Position numbers and translations under genes: made by a program. From positions 32,001 through 96,000 of IMG/VR virus record IMGVR_UViG_3300044451_000434: a stretch of 64,000 bases of DNA, one strand, 5' to 3'. A model generated the notes under the pieces. It ran no database searches and was not told the origin of the DNA. It saw nothing but the letters and a program-made list of their open reading frames with translations. The DNA comes from a virus. Below, in pieces: positions 40,101 through 48,361 of this stretch (position 1 is the first letter of the stretch; each line of letters begins with the position of its first letter).

Positions 40101-41634
40101 ATGAGCACAATTCTCCAAATGCTTCCGCTTCGCGAACAATTGTTTTACATGGAGAGAAATGATATACTCCACTTTTCGTAGAACCTATCAATAGAGCCCC
40201 AGGTAATTGCAGTATCATTGATCTGTCCAAATTAATCCTTCTTGCAAGAACTTTTTCCGCAGCTTGATAGGTGATATATATTGAGTTATAGTACTTATCA
40301 GTTGATATGAATGTTCTAGTCGGTGTGTTTTCATCTCCGCCACCAGTTGAACTCATAGATGCTGTTATTGCAGGGAAGAAAACAACAAGATAACGCTTGG
40401 TTGGATCTACATCCTCATTTACTGAAAAAACAGGTGTATGACCAGAATCAAAACTGGTTCCCGTCATTGAGATACCTGGAGTCTGCGCATTACCACCAGC
40501 CATGATATATTTTTTTAATTTTGCTCCGGATATATAAGCAAAATTTAGAGGTATCGCTTCTTCAACTACTGAAGAAGGAACTCCGTTTCTCGGGTCTTCA
40601 GCATTAACACCATCAACTATGCCCTTGCCAAGGTATTGAATTGAAGCTCCAAAGTTTACCGGTTTCCATGTTACACACAGCACAGAAGCATAGCCATCTG
40701 GAACTTTGATTATGAGTGCCCTTCCTTGTCCTTGCGGGAAAATGGGCCAGTTGGCACTTCCATCAGCAAATTCTTCTTCTCCCCTGCGTATTGCGTTACC
40801 ACGACTTATATCACTTTCTAGTGAAGCAAAATCAAAAATAGTATTTATGCCAACTTTTCTATTAACCTCAGTTTTGCCATCGTGTATAAAATATCCGTAT
40901 TTATACGAAAGTAATTTCATTGCCGTGTTTTGTTGAGAGCTTGCGGAATCTAAAGCAGAAAGAGCGGATAGCACATTTGACCCGATTGACTGAAGTGAAT
41001 CTAACAAACTAAGACTCTGTAAAGTCAATTTTACGAACGACTGTATTTCTATACTTATCGAACTTGATGGAAGCATTCTGATACGGGCACCAACAAAATA
41101 TGGGACATCATATGCAGGACCAAATAGAGAATTAATCGTCAAATCATCAGACGGCCCACCATATTCTGGAATAATATAAAAAACTACAGTACTCCCTCTT
41201 TGCACTGCTTTGCTAGTTGAAAATTGTGAGCCTTCTTCTTCCTCTGTCGGTGCTTCACTCATAATTTTCACTGAAAGACCAACTCTGCGCAAAGTGCCCT
41301 GAAGAAGATCTAGAACTCCATTTCTATTATAATACCATCCATATTCTAAATAAATTTTTATAACACGAGATTCAGTTCCGCCAGAGATCATGGCATCCGT
41401 GAGATCTTCTACACTCGTCTGCAATTTGATTTTAAAACCATCGAATGTACGCTCTGCTCCAGATGAAGATACCACTTTTTTAGATGCCTCTGAAGAAATT
41501 TCAATCGATGGCGAAAATGCAGGCATCTCTGAAGGTCTAAGCGGACGCGTGACCACCGTGGGGATGCTGCCCTTGGCCAAAACTTGAGAGTTGTCAAGAG
41601 CGAGTATGCCATTAGGCAAGCCGCCAGTACTCAT
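37087..41634 (-). CDS. Large tail protein directly after the tape measure (1515 aa; Asp-box motifs)
   Basis: Occupies the usual distal-tail gene position. BNR/Asp-box-like YMSCDGDLRW and FVSSDCGKTW. Confidence 0.55.
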   Translation of the reverse strand: MSTGGLPNGILALDNSQVLAKGSIPTVVTRPLRPSEMPAFSPSIEISSEASKKVVSSSGAERTFDGFKIKLQTSVEDLTDAMISGGTESRVIKIYLEYGWYYNRNGVLDLLQGTLRRVGLSVKIMSEAPTEEEEGSQFSTSKAVQRGSTVVFYIIPEYGGPSDDLTINSLFGPAYDVPYFVGARIRMLPSSSISIEIQSFVKLTLQSLSLLDSLQSIGSNVLSALSALDSASSQQNTAMKLLSYKYGYFIHDGKTEVNRKVGINTIFDFASLESDISRGNAIRRGEEEFADGSANWPIFPQGQGRALIIKVPDGYASVLCVTWKPVNFGASIQYLGKGIVDGVNAEDPRNGVPSSVVEEAIPLNFAYISGAKLKKYIMAGGNAQTPGISMTGTSFDSGHTPVFSVNEDVDPTKRYLVVFFPAITASMSSTGGGDENTPTRTFISTDKYYNSIYITYQAAEKVLARRINLDRSMILQLPGALLIGSTKSGVYHFSPCKTIVREAEAFGELCSWRSLQGDFTSNYYGRLPSLSSAGVELRSFSYLAYLKCVEIGSSSYESYISSDEKFKEICDRVRQSINIGIGRPNFGNPLDPPGGSTDSADLNIDIVGSPISVELPRISRIYTRLPTLRKFNFPKGFFFGDKTGIYIMSPWDEPFKLFSPGSLNTDWYSKNLANISEFVIDEMYLGDMYFDISEACNSCLPDDLKIPYHKDLALAIQKSSKYESNGIRGGIGIPRLDFFEPYSSTQIRVGGTIPSYGDADFPDLSLAEFDTRIILTMPNVNQGSAAIDITTGNASINFLRSAGSIKNINLSRTSRITIENLNSQQETNGAVFVFTTGTLFEGMRSAMNYNNSFGVLTVRDDQNFALMPINSIQTQKITSACSFINERIDDESVIWRDKKITDLANPIRSKAAFGFPFDMVPVVYPGFKAVVNEADAFREQPSNLPNFVENDYNILFSVSGDGASASIPSNPNYYIAGIDIYLKNQSKEQLKKMFISACIDGSFLSDSVSFYPPSGSKMMLWYKVDDLGTVKIRGPHYGSSMNLIISSSSPISGSITANVKVRWIEKSKADIWYPEMTSASPFIDSYGCYGMYFASQNEDMGLSCYMSCDGDLRWNLMTHVMQGFSGESFSDIVVKSDHNLSCTYCMFKKDGMLLCKRIDDSDMSTDLCRLPKSMPKEKFRVGYADGLDVYSISEEPYKTNGFSQNQNNVNINLGMMKVRLAPCHVVYADFAENPAYKEEAANFRILTSRKFTSSSGISSSELSKKTFYPRISTSFVENPKLCVGTSGRFDFDPMGPYAFEVMPNGSLFCMMTHEGSAYAFVSSDCGKTWNPAFRDYSFPIRPIKYKISDADSIYNFENVSASLGDTLPLDNLTMCVDKFGEFVLIAYNIEGCIFGQRVPCVSIMNRSAEASKIFTTAWLSAEDHRFMRPFYILGPLPSEISEELLTERSFVRLDKTYLGDPSKLEQNLGVDLGGSMPTIVPLQNGIFRLYYSAKESVRAGFLIGDRFILDAQLSQ

Positions 41635-41659
41635 GCACCCACCGCAGCCTTCATGTCAA

Positions 41660-44600
41660 CTATGCCCTTGCCAAGGTCCTAATGGCCATGGCAAATCCGT
41701 CAATTATGGCTGGAACCACCTGGTCCTTAGCCATGGCGGCAACTTGGCTAGATATGCTGCCAAAAACACTATCATCAAGACGAAGTTGACCAGTCGATGC
41801 AGATGCACCAGCCGTAGACGATGTCGCTGCAGCAGCAGGAGTTGCCGCAGGAGGCGTGCCCACCACAGACCCTGCAGCACCCCCCGCTGCAGCGGCTGCG
41901 ATTGCAGTCTGATCCATTCTGTATTCTATGCTTGCAACACCGTCAGTAGACATTTCAGTGTCCCTGTCAAGCCAAATGTGATGTTCCCGCGCCTGTCTTC
42001 TGTCAATTGTCAAAATGGCTGGAACCAACTGTTTGAGATAATCAGTGATAGCTATCTGTTCCTTAGCTATGGCGGCAACTTGGCTAGATATGCTGTCAAC
42101 AATCGAGTCAGAAACTATGCCTGCTGCTGTTGCAGCTTCTGCACTATTATCAAGACGAAGTTGACCAGTCGATGCAGATGCACCAGCCGTAGACGATGTC
42201 GCTGCAGCAGCAGGAGTTGCCGCAGAAGGCGTGCCCACCACAGACCCTGCAGCACCCCCCGCTGCTGCAGTCTGATCCATAGCGGCTCCCATTCTGTCTG
42301 CATTTAGGCTTGCAACATCGCCAGTTGCCCTGCCAGCTATCTGTTTGAGATAATCAGTGATTTCAGGCATTTGACTGCTAACCAACTCGTTGGTGTAACT
42401 AGCCATGTCCCTAGACCACTCGCCAGCCTGTATCCCACCAACTCCAAATGTGGACATCTCTGCCCCCCGTCCGTCGGCTGCGCCTGTTCGCAAACTGGTG
42501 GGCATGTCTTTTGCAGTCCTGAGAAGAGTCCCTAGGTTTTTCTCTTGGTCAACAACGATTTCCGCAAATACTCCAGCTCCTTCCATCATGGAGCTCAGGG
42601 CATCGAGATAGCCCTCCCTGATCTGCTTTGTCATCTCAAGTTGCTGCTTGATCAGACCGAGACGCGTGGTGTCAGCTTCGTTAAGCTTCTTTTGAGCATC
42701 AGCAGCTGCTTCCTTGAATGCCATAATCTCCCTATTTGCAGCTTCTATTTCTCCCGATTTACCATCGGCTTGAGCCTTGACAAGCTTCTGCTCGGCCTCT
42801 GCGGCTTTGTTGAGAAAATCTTGCTGGGTTTTAGTGAGTGCTGCCATTTCATTTTCAGTAGTTGATATCTGCTCACCAATCGTCTGAACGGCAGCGGCGC
42901 GCATCTCAGCACTGGCCCCAATTCCACTCGCCACACTGTCCATCAGGGATAGTTGAGCCTCAATCTGAGAAACTTCTGACTTCCTGTATTCGGATTCTTT
43001 ATTAAACCTAGCAACGCTAGCATCCAAGATTGTTTTGTTATTGTCTCTAATAGTCTTGGTGACATCATTAGATGCGCTTATTGCCTTTTGACGCTGCTTC
43101 TCAAGCATTGTCAAAACCTGATCAGCATTACCTTTTTTGACGGCCTCTACAACCGCTTCGGCGTCAAGTATTGCCTTTTTTAACTCTTGCTGTGCTGCTT
43201 CCTTTTTTTTCGGGTCTTGCTCAGCGTCAATCAGCTCTTGGGCTTGCTTGACCGTTTCTTTAAACCCGTACTGAAGTTCTTGTGCGGCATTCATTCGATC
43301 TTCAGGATTCTGGAGGGCAATTTGCCCTCTCTGAATAAATCCTAGTCTGGTTGCTTCTATTTCAGCGATCGCCGCCTTTGCCTTCACCTGCCTTTCCATG
43401 CTTTCTTTCATTTGCGAGGAGTACTCAGAATCATTAGCGGACTGATCTCCTATGTATCCACCTATTCCACTAATTTTTCCGAGCATCTCTGCCTGTATGG
43501 TGTACGCTTCGTTGATAGCCGTCACAACATCGCCGTGCACCTTTGCTTGGTCCGTAAGTTGCTCCTGCGCAAGCCTCAGACGATCCAGGGTCTGAAGCCG
43601 TAATGAACCAGTAACCATGCTAGCCAATTCGGCTGTAACGCCAGCTTTCATCGCCTTGTTAATTGCATTCTCCATTTTTTGTTGAGCTAGTTTAGTATTT
43701 ATTCTGCCCCTTTCCATTTTATCGAGGGCATCAGTCACATCTTTTTGATCAAGCATGTATTCCAACATAGCCTTAGCATCTTCCCCGCCTTCCGATGCAG
43801 CCTTCATCATTTCAGACTTAGCCTGAGATAGATCCATACCCTTGGCAAACAATTGTTCAAAAGAAGCAATCGTATCAGCGCTCAATTCTTTCTTCAATGC
43901 GGATGCACCTTCGGTGTCGACGTCCAAGTCTGAAACACCCTTATACCCTCCAGACGTCATCTTTTTCATCATTTCAGCAGTGGCCGCACCAGGGGCTAGG
44001 GTAAGACCCTTTACAAACTCTTGAACAGCAGGAATATTCCCTATCATAGAATACATGATCTTGCTCTCATTTGCAAGAACATTACTAGCCATTGTCGCAG
44101 TTTCCGCAAGACCAAGACGCTTCTTGGCCTGCTCGCTCAATCCTTCAGTGGTTCTCATTATGCTGGCAAGTTGATCTCTGTTGATCTCATTCATCGCATA
44201 CATCATTTCGGCATTTGCTTTTGTGATTTGACCTTGCCTCATGAGCGAATCACTAAGTTTGTCAACATCGGCAGCACCAGCACGTTGAGCAGCCTTAAGC
44301 TTGTCAGCAGCATCAATCATCAACAACTGATCTTCGTATGCTAAGCGCGTTTTCTGACTAAAATCCTCAAGCCTAGTCATATATGCCTTAATCGCCTCTG
44401 AAGTCATGCCAAAGCGATCACCAGCAAACTGCACCACAGCAGCTATCTTTTCCTGCCCAGTGATTGCCACAGGCATATTCATGGCAAGATCCTGCTGTAT
44501 CTTCAACAGGTCTTCGTATGGAAGAGAGAATTGACGAGAAAGATTGGCAGTACTCGCGGCAATTCCGTCGGCAGTTTTACCATACAGTGCAAGAGTGCGC

Positions 44601-44761
44601 TCAGCTCCCACAAGGCTAACATTTATCTTGTTGCCGAACTCCAATAAATTAGACATGGAAAGCCCGAGACCCCCCATGCTTTGAATGGCATTATTTGCTG
44701 CCACGCCCATGTTGGCTAAAGTGCCAGAAATTGCTTCGATTTTGCCTGCAATATCAGTCAA
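41660..44761 (-). CDS. Tape measure protein (1033 aa, TTG start)
   Basis: Long Ala/Gln/Lys/Met-rich helical/coiled-coil sequence immediately after the tail tube and chaperone genes. Confidence 0.8.
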   Translation of the reverse strand: MTDIAGKIEAISGTLANMGVAANNAIQSMGGLGLSMSNLLEFGNKINVSLVGAERTLALYGKTADGIAASTANLSRQFSLPYEDLLKIQQDLAMNMPVAITGQEKIAAVVQFAGDRFGMTSEAIKAYMTRLEDFSQKTRLAYEDQLLMIDAADKLKAAQRAGAADVDKLSDSLMRQGQITKANAEMMYAMNEINRDQLASIMRTTEGLSEQAKKRLGLAETATMASNVLANESKIMYSMIGNIPAVQEFVKGLTLAPGAATAEMMKKMTSGGYKGVSDLDVDTEGASALKKELSADTIASFEQLFAKGMDLSQAKSEMMKAASEGGEDAKAMLEYMLDQKDVTDALDKMERGRINTKLAQQKMENAINKAMKAGVTAELASMVTGSLRLQTLDRLRLAQEQLTDQAKVHGDVVTAINEAYTIQAEMLGKISGIGGYIGDQSANDSEYSSQMKESMERQVKAKAAIAEIEATRLGFIQRGQIALQNPEDRMNAAQELQYGFKETVKQAQELIDAEQDPKKKEAAQQELKKAILDAEAVVEAVKKGNADQVLTMLEKQRQKAISASNDVTKTIRDNNKTILDASVARFNKESEYRKSEVSQIEAQLSLMDSVASGIGASAEMRAAAVQTIGEQISTTENEMAALTKTQQDFLNKAAEAEQKLVKAQADGKSGEIEAANREIMAFKEAAADAQKKLNEADTTRLGLIKQQLEMTKQIREGYLDALSSMMEGAGVFAEIVVDQEKNLGTLLRTAKDMPTSLRTGAADGRGAEMSTFGVGGIQAGEWSRDMASYTNELVSSQMPEITDYLKQIAGRATGDVASLNADRMGAAMDQTAAAGGAAGSVVGTPSAATPAAAATSSTAGASASTGQLRLDNSAEAATAAGIVSDSIVDSISSQVAAIAKEQIAITDYLKQLVPAILTIDRRQAREHHIWLDRDTEMSTDGVASIEYRMDQTAIAAAAAGGAAGSVVGTPPAATPAAAATSSTAGASASTGQLRLDDSVFGSISSQVAAMAKDQVVPAIIDGFAMAIRTLARA
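41767..42265. repeat. In-frame direct repeat in the tape measure 3' end (124-bp cores at 41767-41890 and 42142-42265)
   Basis: The two cores differ at 2 positions and are offset by 375 bp; further shared short blocks lie on both flanks. Confidence 0.95.
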
Positions 44762-44783
44762 GACAGAGTCCGCCTCTCTGTCT
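44761..44783 (-). promoter_or_regulatory. Hairpin occluding the tape measure ribosome-binding site and start codon
   Basis: mRNA reads AGACAGAG-AGGCGGA-CTCTGTCT, a perfect 8-bp stem; its last T is the first base of the TTG start. Confidence 0.55.
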
Positions 44784-44804
44784 ATTTTCTAACACAATGC
44801 ATAC

Positions 44805-45185
44805 TCACCTCTCCGAGACGAGAGAGGTGAGGAATATGGCGGCGTCTTCGGAAAGGCTGCCTATCTTTTCCTCGTTGCAGGGTATTGCGTTACCCTCTGA
44901 GTCTGTGAACGACCAGCCTATCATCATCTTTTTGAACCTAGCCGATCGGAATGTGATGGGATCAAAAACAAGCCTTGATCCATCGTTTCTCATAGAGGAC
45001 TCCTGAATCTTCAGAGAAGCGGCGTATGAAATTGGTCGACACATGACGTGGTGCTGCTGAAAATTACCTTCGCCCAAGGCTGCCAATGCCTCTTCCTTGG
45101 TTTTGAAGAACACTGCTTTACCTGCCTGGAAACCAACCCAGAAATCAATCTTGAACTCGTCCGATTTTGAGATGAATATCGACAT
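44805..45185 (-). CDS. Second tail assembly chaperone-like protein (126 aa)
   Basis: Chaperone-type motif MMIGWSFTDSEGNAIPCNEEKIGSL; located just before the tape measure. Confidence 0.65.
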   Translation of the reverse strand: MSIFISKSDEFKIDFWVGFQAGKAVFFKTKEEALAALGEGNFQQHHVMCRPISYAASLKIQESSMRNDGSRLVFDPITFRSARFKKMMIGWSFTDSEGNAIPCNEEKIGSLSEDAAIFLTSLVSER

Positions 45186-45186
45186 G

Positions 45187-45414
45187 TTAGATCCTTGCTC
45201 CCATCATCATACTGAACACTTTTACTATATCGGCATTTTTTAATCTTGACCCCAACATTGCCATGTTGGAAAAGGCATAAAAATCTGAAACCCTCAGATT
45301 TCTTATGTCTTCTATTGTCCATCCGTAGTGGTGGGCCATTATGTATTCTCTCAGGCGATCAGTCACGAGCGGGATGTCTTCGTCCCGCCACAGGTGACCG
45401 ACCGCCTCTATGGT
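45187..45414 (-). CDS. -1 frameshift extension of the tail assembly chaperone (gpT-like, 75 codons; missing from ORF track)
   Basis: After G-GGA-AAA the -1 frame reads TIEAVGHLWRDEDIPLVTDRLREYIMAHHYGWTIEDIRNLRVSDFYAFSNMAMLGSRLKNADIVKVFSMMMGARI*, ending 1 nt before the next ATG. Confidence 0.85.
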   Translation of the reverse strand, partial: TIEAVGHLWRDEDIPLVTDRLREYIMAHHYGWTIEDIRNLRVSDFYAFSNMAMLGSRLKNADIVKVFSMMMGARI

Positions 45415-45824
45415 TTTCCCGGGTCGGGGTCCTCATCTGTAAACATTAATTTTTCGTATGCAGACACCAAGGAATCGAATACATCAGAATCCATCTTTGT
45501 AATGTCGCCATTGTCAAATGACCCTGACTTTTCCCCTTCGTGCCAAGAGCCACAAACCAAGCCAGTCTGTGCCATGAGAGACCTGTAAGCCATAGGGTCA
45601 ATAACATAGTCCCCCTGTATTGGATCGAAGCGCCTGGCGCCCGAAACAACCTGAGCACGCTGACCCCAAGTTACGGTTTTCCATTTACAAGTCACATACA
45701 TGTGCACAAGCGCTCCTGGAGCCTGTCCGTTCCAAGAGCCGACAAGCGACCACCGCCTGCCCTGCTTTTCACTGCGGACAAAACCAGTACATGTGGTGAA
45801 TTCTGCGCCAAAGGGTCCAGTCAT
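45408..45824 (-). CDS. Tail assembly chaperone (gpG-like, 138 aa)
   Basis: Directly after the tail tube gene; ends ...DPGKP* on a slippery heptamer. Confidence 0.75.
   Translation of the reverse strand: MTGPFGAEFTTCTGFVRSEKQGRRWSLVGSWNGQAPGALVHMYVTCKWKTVTWGQRAQVVSGARRFDPIQGDYVIDPMAYRSLMAQTGLVCGSWHEGEKSGSFDNGDITKMDSDVFDSLVSAYEKLMFTDEDPDPGKP
45414..45420 (-). promoter_or_regulatory. Programmed -1 ribosomal frameshift slippery site GGGAAAA
   Basis: X-XXY-YYZ heptamer in the correct phase (CCG GGA AAA CCA TAG), encoding Gly-Lys as in lambda G/GT. Confidence 0.85.
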
Positions 45825-45844
45825 GAACCTATTTTATCGGATGA

Positions 45845-46849
45845 TTATAGAGGGAATGGGTGTGGCTGATCTCCCATACTCCACGGTTCACCACCATAAT
45901 CAGATATCGCAAGATACCTGCCGGCGTCGGTACCTAAAGAAACAAATGCCATGGGTGTCTCGATGATTCCGTTGGTGAGTTCTGTGCTGTCCAACTGGAA
46001 GACGCAGCCGAAGAACTTCACAAGAGTTGTCGGGGTTGGTCCGATTTTGGCCTGCAACATAAGATTGACATGCGGGATATTTTCGCCCGGATCATCTTCC
46101 CGATTTTTTGCCTGATCGGCCAAGGTTGATGGGCGACCAAAAAATGTTATACTACCAGTTATCTTACGCTTCTTTGGCAGGATGTCGTATGGAGCCAACT
46201 GCCCCGCGATGACATACACCTCTTCCGACTGGTTGTCAATTGTTACATTGAATTGCTTAATTAATTTGAACTCATTTTGATTGACACCACCATTGTTCAT
46301 GTTCTCCATGCCGATGGTTACATCGTTGTAAGAGATAACACGGAGAGGAGATTCCGCATCTGCAGTTGTTAAGTTGGGAAGAGCATCCGCTGCTGTTGCT
46401 GCCCGACGACCCCTGCCTCGGAATTCAGCAGTGCAATCCAAGGTACCATTGGCAGATATATCCAGTGTTATTTTGTCAACGACCATGTCTTCGTATACAA
46501 ATGTGAAACCAGAGTGGTAATGAACCACCACATCAACAGTTTTCGCGAATTTGCCATCTGCCGTTCTCCTGCCTGCAGCAGTCCACAACTCCGCGAAGGT
46601 GTCGAGGTTTCCGCCATCCTGTGCCTTATCTAGGGTGAACTTTACTTGGCCTGATGCCTTAAAATTGCCCATCTTGTATCTGGTCATGTCAATGCTGCCG
46701 TCGATATCCTCAACTGGTTCAATTGACTGTTCACCCTTGATGTTGCAAGTCGTTACACGCAGGATACTCCCGTTGATGGCCACCACGCCAGGGAATCCAG
46801 CACGCACGGGAAAATTTTGGTTACTAATAGGTTCCTCAAATGATGGCAT
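45845..46849 (-). CDS. Major tail tube protein (334 aa, two tandem tube-like domains)
   Basis: Tube motifs IKQFNVTIDN and KRKITGSITF, with N-terminal counterpart NFKASGQVKF. SD GAGGT. Precedes chaperones and tape measure. Confidence 0.8.
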   Translation of the reverse strand: MPSFEEPISNQNFPVRAGFPGVVAINGSILRVTTCNIKGEQSIEPVEDIDGSIDMTRYKMGNFKASGQVKFTLDKAQDGGNLDTFAELWTAAGRRTADGKFAKTVDVVVHYHSGFTFVYEDMVVDKITLDISANGTLDCTAEFRGRGRRAATAADALPNLTTADAESPLRVISYNDVTIGMENMNNGGVNQNEFKLIKQFNVTIDNQSEEVYVIAGQLAPYDILPKKRKITGSITFFGRPSTLADQAKNREDDPGENIPHVNLMLQAKIGPTPTTLVKFFGCVFQLDSTELTNGIIETPMAFVSLGTDAGRYLAISDYGGEPWSMGDQPHPFPL

Positions 46850-46890
46850 TATTTTACCTCATCTCGTCGATGATCGTGAGAACAGACTCA

Positions 46891-47259
46891 TCAGGATTCA
46901 ATGTTGTCTGCACTGATGGTGAAGCCTAAATTTGAACTCAACTCCGCAAAAACTGGGTCAACTTGAATGTCGCCTGCCTGCAAGAAACTGTCAAGAGAAG
47001 CATTTGTCCTGCGCAACACATGGTTGTTTAGGGCTGCCACGGCAGAATTCAGGGTCGTGGTTGCCTGTGTGTTCGCGGTCACTGCTTCATAACTGCTGAA
47101 AAAAGGTGACAAGAGGTCAATTGAAGGCTGGACCGTGTCAAATAGCGCAATTTCGTACACAGCGCTATACACAGAATCCTTAGCCAGCAACAAGGTCGCC
47201 TTACACTCTGCAATATAATCCGAAAGATTCTTGTATTCTGCTGCTGAAATTACTGCCAT
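46891..47259 (-). CDS. Hypothetical protein (122 aa), probably virion-associated
   Basis: Strong SD GGAGGAG; immediately upstream of the tail tube gene. Confidence 0.6.
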   Translation of the reverse strand: MAVISAAEYKNLSDYIAECKATLLLAKDSVYSAVYEIALFDTVQPSIDLLSPFFSSYEAVTANTQATTTLNSAVAALNNHVLRRTNASLDSFLQAGDIQVDPVFAELSSNLGFTISADNIES

Positions 47260-47275
47260 TTGCTCCTCCGATGGT

Positions 47276-48361
47276 TCATAATGATGTTACACTTTCTACA
47301 TCAAGTTTCCCTGCTTCCCTTCTTGAGATTAATGGCAGCAATTTGATAAAAATATCAAGATGGTTGGGAATAGCCGAAAGATCGCAAGGTCGCGAGGGTT
47401 CTGATAGGGACGATAAGGCCACCAATGTCTCTGAAAGAGCCCCTGGAATCGGTATATGCAGCAACTTGCCTGGCGCAGACATGAACGGGACAGATGGAAG
47501 GAGATGGCTGCATCCAAGGGCCCGGAAGACTGGGCAGTCGGTCACCACCGAATCAACCCCAAATTTGGCGGCTTCAACCACAGAAACCGCAGAAGACGGG
47601 CATAGGACAGGGAAAATCGCCGCCCAAGCGCCAGCAAGCGTCTGCGCGTACAGGAGGTCGTCCACCCCGTACTCCACAGAAGAGGCCGCCCAAGCCTGCC
47701 TAGAGCCTGCTGGTAGTCTCCCACGACCAAGGTCAAAATCTCCAGGATCAGCCCCATTTGTTCCGATCACAAGCTCCCATCCACCGCTAGACAGACCAGA
47801 CTTCTCCCATTCCGACAGAAGGTATGAAAAATTATTAGACTCAAAGTTTCTCATGGGTGCAAAAAAATACTTCCCCCTCTTGATCCCGTGCACATCCTGC
47901 GAAAGCATGGCGGTTGACGGTATAGAAACTTGAACATTTTTTGCACCAGATCTGGTAGCTTGGTTTGCTGCCATCCTGCTGCAGGCTATGACCGCATCAG
48001 CTAGAGGACATGAATCGTAGGGTCTGTCAACATGTCTTTCGCAGTCGTTCAATATGTGCAACCATCCAAAATCGCCAATCCCGACCACCCTACAGGCTGC
48101 GACATGGGCGGCATCTGCGTCATCCCCAAAAGATATCACCAGATCTGGTTTCGCTGATTCGCAAAATGCGCCAAAGTTGACCGCTGCCGCAACCCCTCTT
48201 GGCAACGGCAAGCACCTTGGGATGTCTAAATCAGCAGATAGATCAAAAAACACCCCAACATGTTCGGGAAAAGATTTTTGAACATGTCGCCATATGACAT
48301 CGCCAATTCTTGAGTTGGCGGTCAACAGATGAGGGCTGCAACCTGTCACGGCAACAATCAT
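47276..48361 (-). CDS. Divergent GT4-like glycosyltransferase-fold protein (probable start MIVAVTG at 48361)
   Basis: GT-B layout: KPDLVISFGD, ADAVIACSRMA, PMRNFESNN, AAIFPVLCPSSAVSVVEAAKFGVDSVVTD (first Glu of E-x7-E lost). TGATG overlap with the upstream stop. Confidence 0.65.
   Translation of the reverse strand: MIVAVTGCSPHLLTANSRIGDVIWRHVQKSFPEHVGVFFDLSADLDIPRCLPLPRGVAAAVNFGAFCESAKPDLVISFGDDADAAHVAACRVVGIGDFGWLHILNDCERHVDRPYDSCPLADAVIACSRMAANQATRSGAKNVQVSIPSTAMLSQDVHGIKRGKYFFAPMRNFESNNFSYLLSEWEKSGLSSGGWELVIGTNGADPGDFDLGRGRLPAGSRQAWAASSVEYGVDDLLYAQTLAGAWAAIFPVLCPSSAVSVVEAAKFGVDSVVTDCPVFRALGCSHLLPSVPFMSAPGKLLHIPIPGALSETLVALSSLSEPSRPCDLSAIPNHLDIFIKLLPLISRREAGKLDVESVTSL

Noticed and set aside
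41591-42307. Plus-strand 238-aa Cys/Arg-rich ORF
   Set aside because: Antisense shadow of the Ala-rich duplicated tape measure segment.
41700-42365. Diversity-generating retroelement TR/VR pair
   Set aside because: Both copies are in frame within the tape measure, there are only a few substitutions (one not at adenine) plus indels and shuffling, and there is no reverse transcriptase in the window.
47271-47933. Plus-strand 220-aa ORF, and similar ones at 39323-39961, 48823-49386, 62211-62756 and 62799-63434
   Set aside because: Fully antisense to well-supported genes, with no recognisable motifs.
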